64,000 nt of DNA from Rebecca billardiae RCC1528 (GCA_965240325.2 OZ251222.1:3720001-3784000); one strand, 5' to 3'. Numbered from the stretch's first letter, positions 1 to 12,480 are shown. Numbers and translations: made by a program. Notes: generated by a model not told the origin, from the sequence alone.

Positions 1-1884
1 AGGGCGAGGGCGGCGGCGGAGGGCTCGGCGGCGGCGGCGGCGGCGGCGGCGGCGGGCTCGGCGGCGGGAGCGGCGGCGGCGGCGGTGAGGGCGAGGGCGG
101 CGGCGGAGGGCTCGGCGGCGGCGGCGGCGGCGGCGGCAGCGGGCTCGGCGGCGGGCTCGGCGGCGGCGGCGGTGAGGGCGAGGGCGGCGGTGGCGGCAGC
201 GGCGGCGGTGGCGAGGGCGAGGGCGGCGGCGGTGAGGGCGAGGGCGGCGGTGGCGGCGGCGGGCTCGGCGGCGGCAGCGGCGGCGGCGGCGGCGAGGGCG
301 AGGGCGGCGGTGGCGGCAGCGGCGGCGGTGACGAGAGCGAGGGCGGCGAGGGCGGCGGCGAGGGCGAGGGCGGCGGCGGCGAGGGCGAGGGCTTCACGGG
401 GCTGTCGGGCGGCGGCGGGCTTGGTGGGGGCATCGGCGGCGGCGGCGGCGAGGGCGAGGGCGGCGGCGGTGGGAACGGCGGCGGCGGCGGCGGCGGGCTC
501 GGCGGCGGAATGGGCGGCGGCGGCGGTGAGGGCGAGGGCGGCGGCGGAGGGTTGGGCGGCGGCGGCGGCGGCGGCGGCGGCGGGCTCGGCGGCGGGACGG
601 GCGGCGGCGGCGGCGAGGGCGAGGGCGGCGGCGGCGGAGGGCTCTGCGGCCGCGGCGGAGACGGCGGAGGGCTCTGCGGCCGCGGCGGCTGCGGCGGAGA
701 GGGCGGAGGGCTCTTGGGCCGCGGCGGCGGCGGCGGCGGCGAGGGCGAGGGCGGCGGCGGCGGGAACGGCGGCGGCGGCGAGGGCGAGGGCGGCGGCGGC
801 ACCGGCCCCGCGGGCGGCGAGCACGACCGAGCGACGGCGTGGCAGTTGTGCTTGCGGTTGCACTGCACGCGGCAGCAGCCGCAGCTGCACAGGTTGAGCT
901 GCGCGCCCTGCGGGTCGGTGTACCCCCACCTAGTAGCGCACTTGTTGGCGCCGTACCGCGTGCAGCGGTGCCGCTGGCACATGCCGCACGTCCACGTCCA
1001 CGCGCTCGAGGGCGGCGACGGCGGCGGCGGCGGCGTGGTCACGTCGTACGGCCCGGCGCGGCAGGTGTGGATGCGGCGGCACTGGTGCTTGCAGCAGCCG
1101 CACGCGCACTGCGCGGCCTGCTCGCCCTGCGGCGCAGTGTAGCCCATGCGAGTCGCGCACTTGTTAGCGCCGTACAGCGTGCACCGGTGCCGCTTGCACT
1201 GCGCGCACAGCGGGCGCGGGCGCGGCGGGAGGGCGCGGCGCGCGTGAGGGCGCGGCGCGCGTGAGGGCGCGAGACGGAGGGGCGCGGAGCGGGCGACTCG
1301 CACGCACGCCGCGCGCGCGCGCGCGGGCGGGCCGCGCGGGGGGGGGGGGGACGCACCATCCCGCACGACCAGCGCCACGCCTCGCCTTCGGTGACCGGGC
1401 CACAGCCGTCGCCGGGGTCGGGGCCGCCGCCGGCGAGCGGGGGCGGCGGGCTCGGCGTCGGCGGCGGCGGCGGCGGCGCGTTCGGCGACGGCGGCGGCGG
1501 CGACGGCTGCGGGGGCGGCGGCGGCGGGGCCGAGGGCGGCGGCGGCGGGGTCGGCGGCGGCGAGTACCGGCAGAGATCCTTCTTCCGCTTCCGGCTCATC
1601 CTGCCGTGCGTCGCCGTCGAGTCGTAGTTCCAAGCGCCCGGGTCGGTGCAGCCGAAGTAGACGCACGCGGACGGGTCGTGCACGACCGCGTCCGGGTCGT
1701 AGTTGTCCGCGTGCGAGTCGGCGCAGCCGGTGGGCGGCGGCGGGCTGGGCGGCGGCGCCGGGGGCGGCGAGGGCGGCGGCGGGGTGGGCGGCGGGCTGGG
1801 CGGCGGCGGCGACGGCGGCTTGCTTGGCGGCGGCGGCGACGGCGGCGGCGGCGGGGTGGGCGGCGGGCTCGGCGGCGGGCTGGG

Positions 1885-1917
<33 letters not shown>

Positions 1918-3993
1918 GGGCGGCGAGGCGGGCGGCGCCGACGGCGGCGCGGAGGGAGGCGAGGGCGGCGGCGGGCTGGGCGGCGCGGCGGGCGGGCTGG
2001 GCGGCGGCGAGTACCGGCAGAGCTGCTTCTTCCGCTTCCGGCTCATCGGAAGATCGTGCGTCGCGGTCGAGTCGTAGTTCCACGCGTTCGGGTCGGTGCA
2101 GCCGTAGAAGATGCACGCGGACGGGTCGTGCACGACCGCGTCCGGGTCGTAGTTGTCCGCGTTCGACTCGGCGCAGCCGGTGGGCGGCGGCGGGCTGGGC
2201 GGCGGCGAGGGCAGCGGCGGCGAGGGCGGTGGCTGGCTCGGCGGCGGGCTCGGCGGCAGCGCGGGCGGCGAGCTCGGCGGCGCCGACGGCGGCGGCGCGT
2301 CGCCGAGCGGGCAGGGCAGCCCGGCGTTGAGCTCCTCGAAGAAGTCGGCGAGCTCGGCGACGTCGGCGCGGTACACTTCGGGCGGGAGGCGCATCACGTT
2401 GTGCACCATCGTGAGTATCTGGTTCTTCGTGAGCGGGTAGTTCACGTCGGGGTGCTCGGTGTTGATCACAGCCGCGACCGCGGCCTTTGAGAGCCGCCAC
2501 CAGTCATCGCCGTTGGCGTTGTACGTGCGCGCGGCGTCGTACAGCACGGAGCTGAGCGTCCACTCGTTCGTCGTGGAGCGGGAGCGCGCGCCCGACCTGC
2601 TGGTGTGCGCCTCCCACCCGGACTGCTCCTTGCTCACCATGAAGAAGTCGTTGAACGCGATGCGCGGCGGCTGGTGCGCGGCAAAGAAGCGCGCGAGCTG
2701 CCCGCGGTAGTAGTCTGCCGTGCACCCCTCGAACCCGCGCCGGATCAGCTCCTCGAGCAGCGGCGGGAGCAGCGGCGGGATGAGGGGCGGGAGCGTCCCC
2801 GGGGGGAAGATGTCGTCGACCGGGCACGGCGTGCGCGTGCTCTGCCCCGCGAAGAAGATGTTGCGCCTGCGCATGGGAGAGGCGGCGGCGGCGCGTGAGG
2901 CGCGCCGCCTGGCGCGGCGCCGCGCGGCGCGGCCGCGCGGCGGCGGGGAGCAGGACGCACCCTCCGATCGGATCGCACTTGCTCTGGGCACGGGCGGGGG
3001 CAGGGCGCGCGGCATGCGCGCACGCGCGCGTCAGCACGCGCCGCGCAGCGCCGCGCAGCGTGCGCCCGCGCGCGTCTCGGCGCGCAGGCGGCCGCTCGCT
3101 CGCGCGGCGCCTCGCGCCCGCCGCCCGGGCCGCACCTTTGTGCACGGCGTGAACATGGAGAAGTGGATGCGGTCGATGCCGCTGGCGTTGTGCCACGTGA
3201 GCGTGATCGCCGATTGCAACTGCACCGGCTCGAGGACGTACTGCCCCACCGTCGGGTTGGGCGTGTCCGTCGCCTCGGACTTGGTCACGTACATCTCGCC
3301 CACGCGGCAGTCGGTGATGTTGGGGTACGCGCTCTCGTCCGGCACGCCCGGCTCCCGCACCTTGACGCGCAGCAGCGTGTCCTCGGTCACCAGGCCCGGG
3401 TGCGCCGGGTTCGGCCCGCCCATCAGGTTGCGCGTGGAGAAGCACAGGATCTCGGTGTTCTGCACCGGGTCGCCCGTGCGCTCCTCGAGGTTGTCAATGT
3501 CGAAGATGGTGAGCGAGAGCGTGGGCACGTCGAGCACCGGGTAGAAGTGGCCGTCAAACGTGCCGTCGACCTTGCCCACGCGCCCCACCTGCATCTCGTA
3601 CACCGTGCGCACGCGGCCGGCGTTCTGCGCCTTGTTCCGGTCGAAGGTCTGCTGGTTGAGCGAGCCGTACGGCGCGATGGCGTCGCTGCCGTCATCGAGC
3701 GGGAACTTGCCGTTCTTCTTCGTGTTGTGCGCCACGTAATCGGTGAGCGCGGTGAGGCGCAGGCCGAGCTTCTGCCCGCCCCAGCTGAGGATGTCGTCCC
3801 AGATCATGAAGCCCTCGCCCACCATGCAGTTCTGCGGCGGGCAGCTCTCCGACCCGCTGCTGCTCAGGTCGATCGGGATCTTGGCCGCGAGCCAGTCGAA
3901 CCGAGGGTGCGCGAGCGGCGTGCAGCTCGGGAACTGCGCGCGCGCGCGCGCCGCGGCGGCGAGCACGAGCAGCGCGCGAGCTCGCCACGCCAT
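1..3993 (-). CDS. Secreted Pro-rich (extensin/HRGP-like) protein with Cys-rich repeats; 3'-partial. Inferred exons 3993-3136, 2983-2961, 2866-1357, 1198-<1
   Basis: Signal-peptide-like start MAWRARALLVLAAAARARA-QF. GTGCG...CAG introns at 3135-2984, 2960-2867 and 1356-1199 join ORF 3031..3993, a 23-nt exon and ORF 1039..3015 in frame. The spliced WSCGM|CKRHRC matches an unspliced second copy WTCGMCQRHRC. Two GC(A/T)D..A.NYD..A..D repeat pairs and SPPP tracts are present. Confidence 0.8.
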
Positions 3994-6289
3994 CGCCGTC
4001 GGCCCTGGGCAGTGTCCTCGCTAACCTCGCGGCCTCGTCCGACGAGCAGGCGGTCACTTTTCGCTGCTGATTACTTACGACTGACGGCAAACTTACGGCA
4101 ATAATAAGCCCAGGGCGGGAATCAGTGAATCATCTGCCGAAGATGCACCGTAATAGCCTCTGCACCCGTGCCGGTCCGGGGTGGCCTCCGTGACGTGCCC
4201 GGCCCGCGGCCGGCTCAATTTTCGATTCACCCTCCGTACGTCTCAGACTCGTGAGACGGAGGGTGTCGTCTCGCCACGCAGCGCAGTACCGACGACGGGT
4301 GGCGCGTAGCAGGAGGCCGTGACCACTCCGCTGCCGGCCGTGCCGCCGATTGGTGCTACGACCCAGCGCTTGTGAAGGTGGCGGGGCGGCAATAGCGTGC
4401 CGTTGAGGGCCCAGCGGCGAATTGCGCGGGACATCAACGCCCGTCGGTGACATCTCTCGCGCTCGACGCGGTCTGCCACCTCCACCCTGGTTCGTTCTGA
4501 CTAGTGTCTCGTTCGATCGCCAAGGGCTCGACGGCGGCGCCGTCAGCCAGCGAGCCAGCCCTTCTGCCTCCTTGCCAGCCAGGGGCCCAGCTGCGGGTCG
4601 CGCCACACCAGGGCGGCAGCAGCGCCGCCAGCCACCCGGCTGCGCAGCCGCGCGACGAACATGAGCGGCTCAACGAGCGCCAGCTTGATGCCGCGAGGCA
4701 TCGCGCCCAAATGTGCAGCACGCGCCTGCCGGCGCCACGGTGCTCGGGGTCGAGCACTCGAGCAGCGCAGCGACGCAGAGGCGTGCGCCAGCGACGCAGG
4801 GAGCGACGAGCGCTCCGGCGTGAGGCCGAGGTGAGTCCCCCACGGCGGAGCGCGTCGCCACGGCGGAGCGCCATCGCCACCACCGGTGCGCGCGGGCAGC
4901 ATCTGCCCGAGATCATCTGGTGGCACGGACGGCAATTCAACGCGCGACCGCTGCGCTAGCCGACTGCGAAGCTCCTGCGGCCGCACCTGCTCGTGCGCTT
5001 AGCGGCACTCTCGCGCGACCAGTCACTGTGTCAGCGGTGCGGGCGGCGGTGTCGGGCGCCGCCCACAACTCGGAGAGCGCGATCGGGCCGGCGCCCTCCA
5101 ATTGCGGCGGCAAAAGTCGTCAGGACTCTGAGACCTCGACTATCTCAGCCAGCGGCGTGGCCGAAGCCGCTGACAGCGCTGTCACTGCCAGCCAGCGCTG
5201 GCCGCTCGGCGGGCCGCCGTCCGCCAGTCCGGGTCGCATCGCGTCTTTGTCCGCGTCCCGTCAGCTGGAGGCGGCGTCAGCGCAGACACTCTGTGGCGGT
5301 AGCGGGGATCAGCCGCTCAGCGGCGGCATACTTGTGCCGTCGCCAGGCGCCGCCGGCAGCGGCGGCGCTGCAACGGCCTAATTATTTATAATATATATAT
5401 GTGTCACGAGCACAAGCAAAGAACGCAGAGGAGATGGCTGGACCTCGGGCTTTGCAGATGCGCAGGCCGAAGCAGGGGCTGCCGAGAGATGAGCAGCTCG
5501 GCCCGAAAGGTCGTGTAACCGATGATCGAGCGAGCTCTGCCTAGGTGGGCTGCTTGATATGAACTTTGGTAAGTTGCCACGCCGACTTAAGATGACTTTG
5601 GATATGATCTCGAGCGCCGGATAGTGGAGAGGAGCGGGTACTTACAGAGGAGCCAGTGTGGTTGGCCGATATGAAAGGACCAGCGCCCGCCATGATGATG
5701 ATAAAGGATAGCTCAGTGGCCGATGAGCTCCGGAAATCGACTGCAACTACCTGCAGGACCTAGAAGACGATGGCGGCCCTTGTCCACCAGCTGCGCGTTG
5801 CCTTTCCAGCCTCCCGACACACTCGGTTATAACTCCGTTATAACGCCACATATAAGAAATATAGTATAAGAATCATGCACGACGTCCGGACCGGCGCGAG
5901 CGCATCGCCATCGGCAAAGTGTTCAGACTAGAGTGATGGCTTGCAACGGCAACGGCGGCCGGCGGCCGCGGCGCGCAGGCGCCGCGCTGCCGCGCGGCTC
6001 TGGAAGCTAGTACTCTGTCTAAATGGCTCAGAACTCAAGGGCCGCGGCTTACGACGTGGCGACTTGCAGTTGCAAGGCAGGCGCCGTTGACTCGCAGACT
6101 GCTACGCGTGCTACGAGTCAGTCTGAAGACTAGTCGAAGCTCCATACACAAGCTCCATACACCTGCGGCTCTCGACCGGCACCGCCGAGTCCCACCACTG
6201 ACTGACTCACTGAAGCAAGGCCCGCGATCTGTTCCATGGCCGCGCGCGGGCTCGAGAGTATAATCCGGCCACATAAACACCCGGGGAGT

Positions 6290-6370
6290 GCGGAGATGCC
6301 CGAGCGGTTAAGGGGGCAGCCTCGAAAGCTGTTGTGCATGCACGCGTAGGTTCGAGTCCTACTCTCCGCG
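6290..6370 (+). tRNA. tRNA-Ser(CGA)
   Basis: Acceptor stem GCGGAGA/TCTCCGC, discriminator G, anticodon arm GCAGC-CTCGAAA-GCTGT, long variable arm, T-loop GTTCGAGTC. Confidence 0.93.
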
Positions 6371-6373
6371 GCC

Positions 6374-6379
6374 TTTTTT
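6374..6379 (+). terminator. Pol III oligo-T terminator of tRNA-Ser(CGA)
   Basis: TTTTTT 3 nt downstream of the tRNA 3' end. Confidence 0.7.
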
Positions 6380-6808
6380 GCCAAGGGATCCTTAGCCGCG
6401 CATCAGCATCGGCTCGACGATATCTTTTTCTTGACGAGCAAGCGCGACTGTGCGAGTGACCGCACTGCACGCCCGGCGGGACGGCACGATCGGGCGATGG
6501 CGCGCACGCTGGTCGCCGGGCCGCCCAGCCGTGCGGCCCGGGTCGCCCGACCGTCAGGCGGTCCGCGGGGTCCCCCACGTTGCCTGGCGGCGCCGCATGC
6601 CGGCGGCGCCGCATGCCGCGCGCGACGCGGCACGCCCGCGCGTCGAGGCTGGCCGACCGGTCCGCAAATTCGGTCAAGTGCCCATAGTTCATAGGATACG
6701 TGTTACTCAGAGCACGACGGTATCACGCCGGGCGCACTCGTATGCGGGGGACAGAGCGGCAAAAACGAAAAGGAAAAGGAGCGTCCAGCAGGCGGAGCGC
6801 CTAACCTG

Positions 6809-6891
6809 CGACGCCAGCAGGATTCGAACCTGCGCGTGACATGCACAAAGGATTTCTAGTCCTCCCCCTTAACCAACTTGGGTATGGCGTC
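6809..6891 (-). tRNA. tRNA-Ser(AGA)
   Basis: Minus strand GACGCCA...TGGCGTC-G acceptor stem, anticodon arm GAGGA-CTAGAAA-TCCTT, long variable arm, GGTTCGAATCC T-arm. Confidence 0.93.
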
Positions 6892-7208
6892 GAACACCGA
6901 TCACGTCGGATCAGCTGGATAAAATCACAGGGACTTCTATGAGCGATCCCGCATCCACAGCTCACCAGCGCCCTTGGCTGACCAGCGCTTCGTGACTTCG
7001 TCAATATAAGGATTCTCCCCACGCGGCGTGGACGCGTGGTACATAGAACACATAGAAACCCGCGCGGCGTAACAGCCGGCCAAAATCGCGCCGAAAAGTT
7101 GGCGGCCAACCACGCACCGGGCGCGGCTGGCGGAGCTCCCAGCTGGCCAGCTCTTCCACCACCAGCCGGCAAGCAGCTCGGCATGCAGCCTCGCATCGCG
7201 CGCCCCGC

Positions 7209-8261
7209 ATGAGCCGGCGCCCCCGCCGCGCCGGCGCCGCCGCCGGCGCCCTCCGCAGCCGATCAACAGCGGCGAACCTCCTCGTCGCCGCGGCGCTCGC
7301 CCTCGCCCGCGCGCCCGCCGCGCGCGCCACGCTGTGCGCGCGCATCCACCGCGTGTACAAGCTGCGCGGCACGTGCGCGCTCGCCGTCGACGCGGGCGCG
7401 GCGAGCGCGGCGGCGGACGCGGCGGGCGTGAGCGTCGGCGCGTGGCTGTCAGAGACCGACGACGCCGTCTACAAGGGCGACGGCGGCGACGGCCTCTCCG
7501 TCCGCGTGCGCGACGCGTTTGCGTACGGCAGGTACCGCACAGTGCTCTCCGACCTGCCCTTCTCGCACGCCCTCGCGTGCGTCGACGAGGCGCGCGACGG
7601 CGCGTGCGGCTGCGTCGCGCGCGCGACGGACGAGGAGGCCGTCCTGCCCGACGCCTCGGCGCTCGCCGCCTTCGGCGCCTCCTCCGCCGCCGCCGCGTCC
7701 GCCGCCGAGCCCGGCGCGTTTGCGTGGCCGAGCTACTGGATCAGCGCCTCGCCGATCGCGTTTGCGCTCGCGCTCGCCGCGCCCACGCTCGCGGTGCTCG
7801 TGTGCCTGCTGTGCGCGCGGCGCGCGGTGCGCACGGCCATCGAGGAGGAGGAGCGCGAGAAGGTGGTCGACGCGCTCGCCGACGCGGACGAGGCGGACGA
7901 GGCGGCAGCGCGCGAGCGCGCCGCGGCGGACGGCGACGCCGACTCCGCCTCCGCCGCCGCCGCCGCTGCCGTGACGTCGCGTGAGGCGGGCGCGAGCTCC
8001 GCCGACGCCGAGCGTGCCGAGCTGCACGACGACGACGGCGGGATTGACGACGCCGCCGACGACGCTGCCGTCGCCGCCGGCTCGGCGGACGCGCCGCCGC
8101 GGCCCGCGGAGCGCTCCGCCGCGGTGGCGCGCTCGCCGCGGCCCGAGCCAGTGCAGGCCGCGCCGCCGCCGCCGCCGCCGCCGATCGCAGCGTCCGCCTC
8201 GGCCGAGCTGCGCGACGCGTCCGCGCGCGAGACGGCGCGCGCGCCCGAGTCGTGCCGCAGC

Positions 8262-8296
<35 letters not shown>

Positions 8297-9266
8297 GCCC
8301 GCGGCCGACGCGCCGGCGTCGGCGCCGCCGCCCGCCTCGGGCGGCGAGCGCGCGCCGTTGGCCGCCGCCGCCGCCGACGACGCCAACGAGGGCGGTGCGG
8401 ACGACGCGCCGCCGACCCCGCGCTCCCCGCCCGGTAGCCGCGGGAGGAGAAGCGGCGTGTCGAGCCCTCGCGGCGCGTCGAGCCCGCGCGGCGCGTGCTC
8501 GGCGCGCGCCACGCCGCGCTCGCCGCGCCTCGGCGGCGGCGGTGCCGACGGCCCGGGCTCGCCGCGCGCCGCGGCTGCGCCCGCGCCCGCGCCGCCGCCG
8601 CCGCCACCGCCGCCGCCGCTCAGCCTCTCGGGCGTGCGCCCGATCCGCCGGCCCGGCGTGCCGCGCGAGCGCTCCGGCGTCCCTGCGCAGGACGCGCCGC
8701 CGCCGCCGCCGCCGCCCGGCGCCGCGTCGGCGCGCGAGCCGGCGGGTGCGCAGCACGCGTGCGACGCGGAGGTGGAGGCGCTGGTGGGCGGCGCGTGCGC
8801 GCACCGCGACCCGCCCACGCCGCCCGGCCCGCCGGCGGCGCCGCGCGGCGCGGCGGCGCGGCCGCGCACGCCGAGCGAGCGCACCGTCTTCCAGCGCGTC
8901 GGCTCCTTCTTCCACGCCGCCGAGCCGGTCGACCTCGACGGCGGCCCCGCCACGCCGCGCGGCACCGTGCGCCGCGGCCCGCCCAACGCGCGCATGGTGC
9001 TGCGGCTCTGGCAGCAGCGCGAGCACGACGACCTCGAGGCGGCGGCGGCGGCGAGCACGGACCGCTCGTCCACGGCGTCGTCGCCCGTGCACTCCGCGCG
9101 CCCGAGCCCGCGCGACGACGGCGCGCCGCCGGGCACCGTGCGCGCCGCGGCGGGCCGGATGATGGCGGGCCTGCTCTCGTCGCGCGCCAGCGGCGGCGGC
9201 GGCGGGCCGCGGGCGTCGTGGATGAGTAGCAGTCGTGATGATGATGCGCCGGCGGACGACACCTAG
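7209..9266 (+). CDS. Hypothetical single-pass membrane protein with Pro-rich cytoplasmic tail (685 aa)
   Basis: N-terminal hydrophobic stretch (LLVAAALALA), small Cys-containing ectodomain, TM IAFALALAAPTLAVLVCLLC followed by ARR, then acidic/poly-Pro low-complexity tail. AT-rich sequence follows the stop. Confidence 0.6.
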
Positions 9267-9531
9267 CTGTCGCCGCTTGTTGCTGATGTCCGAGATTCGC
9301 ATTCGCGTCGTCGGTTACGACGATGACGATAATAATATAATATTAATGCCTACTATACTATAATGATCCGAAACTTGAGAATTATATGTATTCAGCTCAG
9401 ACGAGATATGATCAATATGATGACGAGTAACTAGCGCGCTTATTAGTATTCACTGGCAATACTGGCATGACATGCTGCGCAATAATATATACTACTACTG
9501 CGCTAATAATAATTTATATATATATGATATT

Positions 9532-9627
9532 TGACAAATCGGATGAAAACCCGTTTGTCCGACTGAGCTATCGGCTTGCGCAAGCCGATAGCTCAGTCGG
9601 ACAAACGGGTTTTCATCCGATTTGTCA
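9532..9627. repeat. Perfect 96-bp palindrome (copy 1)
   Basis: TGACAAATCGGATGAAAACCCGTTTGTCCGACTGAGCTATCGGCTTGC|GCAAGCCGATAGCTCAGTCGGACAAACGGGTTTTCATCCGATTTGTCA, no spacer. Confidence 0.97.
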
Positions 9628-10075
9628 TAACCGAGGTCACCTGGGGACACCCCGCGAGGGGCTGTAGTCCGTCCCAGTCTACCGACTCCGGATTTGTTGA
9701 CGAGGTTGTTCCTTCCCCGCCCGGTCTGTCCCGGGTGTCCGCCCTGCGTGCTCGTCTGCGCTGTGTGGCTTCGTAGAGGCTCCGGCTTCTGTGTGTGTGT
9801 GGGCGGTGAGCCTTTCTGCGGCTGTGGCTTCTTGAGGCTCGTTGTTGTAACGTTGTTGTTGACCCGGGTGTGACTCGCCCGGGGGCTGCGCTTCTCGTGG
9901 AGCCGTGCTCGTCGTGTGTCGGCGGTGGGTCGTTGTCCGATTTCTGTTCGATTCTTCGTCGTCTCCGGCTCGTCTTCCTCCCCCCGGGCCGTAAGGCTCT
10001 CGCGGGGAGCCGGAGAGTGGGCAAGAACTTTTTGTGGCACGTCGGTAGTGGGATTCGAACAGGCGACTTTAGTCC

Positions 10076-10126
10076 TGACAAATCGGATGAAAACCCGTTT
10101 GTCCGACTGAGCTATCGGCTTGCGCA
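10076..10126. repeat. Half copy of the 96-bp palindrome, ending just past the dyad axis
   Basis: TGACAAATCGG...GGCTTGCGCA followed directly by Copia pol coding sequence. Confidence 0.95.
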
Positions 10127-11857
10127 GTCGGAGACGCTGACGACGACGCCGCCGGCGCCGAGGACTCCCTCGATGTCGGCAACGCGCTCAACGACGACGA
10201 CCCGCCCTCATCTCGCACGCGCGCGCGCGCGCACGCCAACTCGGTCGCGTCGCCAACTTACTCAACGCTGCCGCGCATCTACGCGCTCCTGCTCTCCATC
10301 GGACTCTCGGACACGCCGACGGCGGTGCAAGCACTCAACGGCCCGCATGCGACGCAGTTCGCCGCCGCTCTCGACGCCGAGTACGCCTCCATCCTGGCCA
10401 ACAACACGTGGGTGGAGGTGCCGCGCAAGCCGGGGATGCGCACGCTGAAGGCGGCGCCCGTGTTCAACATCAAGCGCGACAAGAAGGGCAACGTCAAGCG
10501 GTTCAAGGCCCGCGTCGTGGGCAAGGGCTTCACGCAGATCGAGGGCATCGACTACGACGAGACGTTCTCCTCGGTCGTTCGCTACGAGACCCTCAAGATG
10601 ATCATCGCCATCGCCGCGGCCAAGCAGCGCCGCCTCTTCCACGGCGACTTCACGACGGCGTACCTCAACGCGCCGATCGACTACGAGATCTACCTCGAGC
10701 TGCCGCTCGGGTACAAGCCGAAGGCGAAGGGTGACGTCGTGCTGCGCCTCCTCAAGAGCCTCTACGGTCTCAAGCAGTCCGGCCGCAACTGGCGTCTCAT
10801 GATCGACGACTGGATGAAGGAGTACGGGTTCGCGCAGAGCCAGGCCGACCCGTGCCTCTATGTCCTCAACACGCAGTCGGGCATCATCGCCGTGTGCATC
10901 TACGTGGACGACATGCTCATCCTCGATGACAGCGACGACCCGACCGCCTGCGACAACTTCATCTCGAAGATCACATCCTCGTACAAGATGACCATCACGG
11001 CCGACATCGACGGCTACCTGTCGGCCACGCTCACGCGCTCCAAGGACGGCATCATGGTGACCGTCACCAAGAACATCCTCGAGCTCCTCGAGAAGACGGG
11101 CTTCATGAACTGCAACACGTCCGACACGCCGATGACCGAGGGCCTCAAGCTCGGCCCGTGCTCCGAGTCGGACGCGCTCGACGCGGAGACGACGACGTTC
11201 TTCCGCTCAGTGGTCGGCTCGCTCATCCACATCACGCAGTTCCGCCCGGACATCGCCTACGCCGTCGGCACGCTCACCCACTTCATGTCAAAGCCGGGCA
11301 AGAAGCACCTCGAGGCTGCCAAGCGCATCATCCGCTACCTCGCCGGTACGCCGAACCTCGGCCTCTTCTTCCGCTCGGGCTCGGACGTCACGCTCATCGC
11401 GTACGTGGACGCCGACTACGCCAACGACCTCCACGACGAGCGCAAGTCTGTCACCGGCTACGTGATGCACCTCTGCGGCTCGACGGTGAGCGGCCGCCGC
11501 GAGAAGCAGCGCACGACGGCTCTGAGCTCGACCGAGGCTGAGTACATGGCCGTCACCTCCGCCGGCAAGGAGATCATGTTCATGCGCAAGCTGCTCACCG
11601 ACCTCGGCTACCCGCAGCTCGCGCCGACCAAGCTCTTCGAGGACAACAAGGCTGTGGTGGACCTCACGGACAACGAGAAGTACCACAACCGCACCAAGCA
11701 CATCGACGTCCAGTACCACTGGAACCGTCAGCACGCCCGCGCCGGCACCTTCAAGCTCTTCTTGATCCCCGGCACCGAGAACCCGGCCGACATCATGACC
11801 AAGCCGCTCGGCCCGGCCGCCTTCCTCAAACTTCGTGCTCAGCTCCTGGGCATGTAA
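10127..11857 (+). pseudogene. Ty1/Copia pol fragment: reverse transcriptase + RNase H; gag, protease and integrase missing
   Basis: KRFKARVVGKGFTQIEGIDYDETFS, LLKSLYGLKQS, YVDD, RNase H YVDADYA...EAEY...EDN...HIDVQYH...NPADIMTK. The frame is open from 10127, i.e. truncated in the IN-RT linker. Confidence 0.92.
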
Positions 11858-12114
11858 GGCCTCGCCGCACACACGAAGTCCCAGTGCTACATCGGTCGCC
11901 GCTCGTCGGACGCACATTGACCTCGCGCTGTCTCTTCTGAACGGAGACGCTGCTGGCACCGACTCGCCCGACTTCTACATCGTCTACTCGGACAACCGCT
12001 CCGACGCATGCATCCCATACGGCAACATCGCATCATCTACAATCACACGACGGTCACACGTCTACACCCAGTCCCTTCGGGTCGACCAGGTTTCGTACGA
12101 CCACCGCTGCGATT

Positions 12115-12123
12115 GGGTGGGGG
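12115..12123 (+). promoter_or_regulatory. Polypurine tract (PPT)
   Basis: GGGTGGGGG immediately before the TG start of the LTR. Confidence 0.65.
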
Positions 12124-12452
12124 TGTCAAGATCCAACGTTACCGGACTCGCTCTCCTGTGCGTACACACCCGGATCACCAACCGTCACTGGACACCACAT
12201 ACGCCGACTCTCATTATCAGGTCGGCATCACACTTACTCCCGTCATGGTTCATTTCACGACTTACCCGTTGATGGCTATCAGTGCCTCCTATTCACGGTC
12301 CTAGGACTGTCGGATGCCCCCCTAGTGACCGGCTCGTTCAGTTCATACCGCTTCGCATTGCATCAGTCGAACCTCCGTCTCTCGGGGCATCCTCGCCCCC
12401 CTCGTCACGCTCTCGGGCCTCACTGCCCTGTCGCTCTTTTCACCCTTTGACA
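12124..12452 (+). repeat. Copia LTR (329 bp)
   Basis: Begins TGTCAA and ends TTGACA. Preceded by a PPT and followed by a PBS. Confidence 0.75.
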
Positions 12453-12480
12453 TGGTGGAGCCGCGGGGTGTCGAACTCCG
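12453..12480 (+). promoter_or_regulatory. Primer-binding site complementary to a tRNA 3' end (Ala-like)
   Basis: TGGTGGAGCCGCGGGGTGTCGAACTCCG; reverse complement reads ...GTTCGACACCCCGCGGCTCCACCA. Confidence 0.7.

Noticed and set aside
4130-6280. Several 60-170 aa ORFs
   Set aside because: No recognisable motifs. Long chance ORFs are expected at this GC content.
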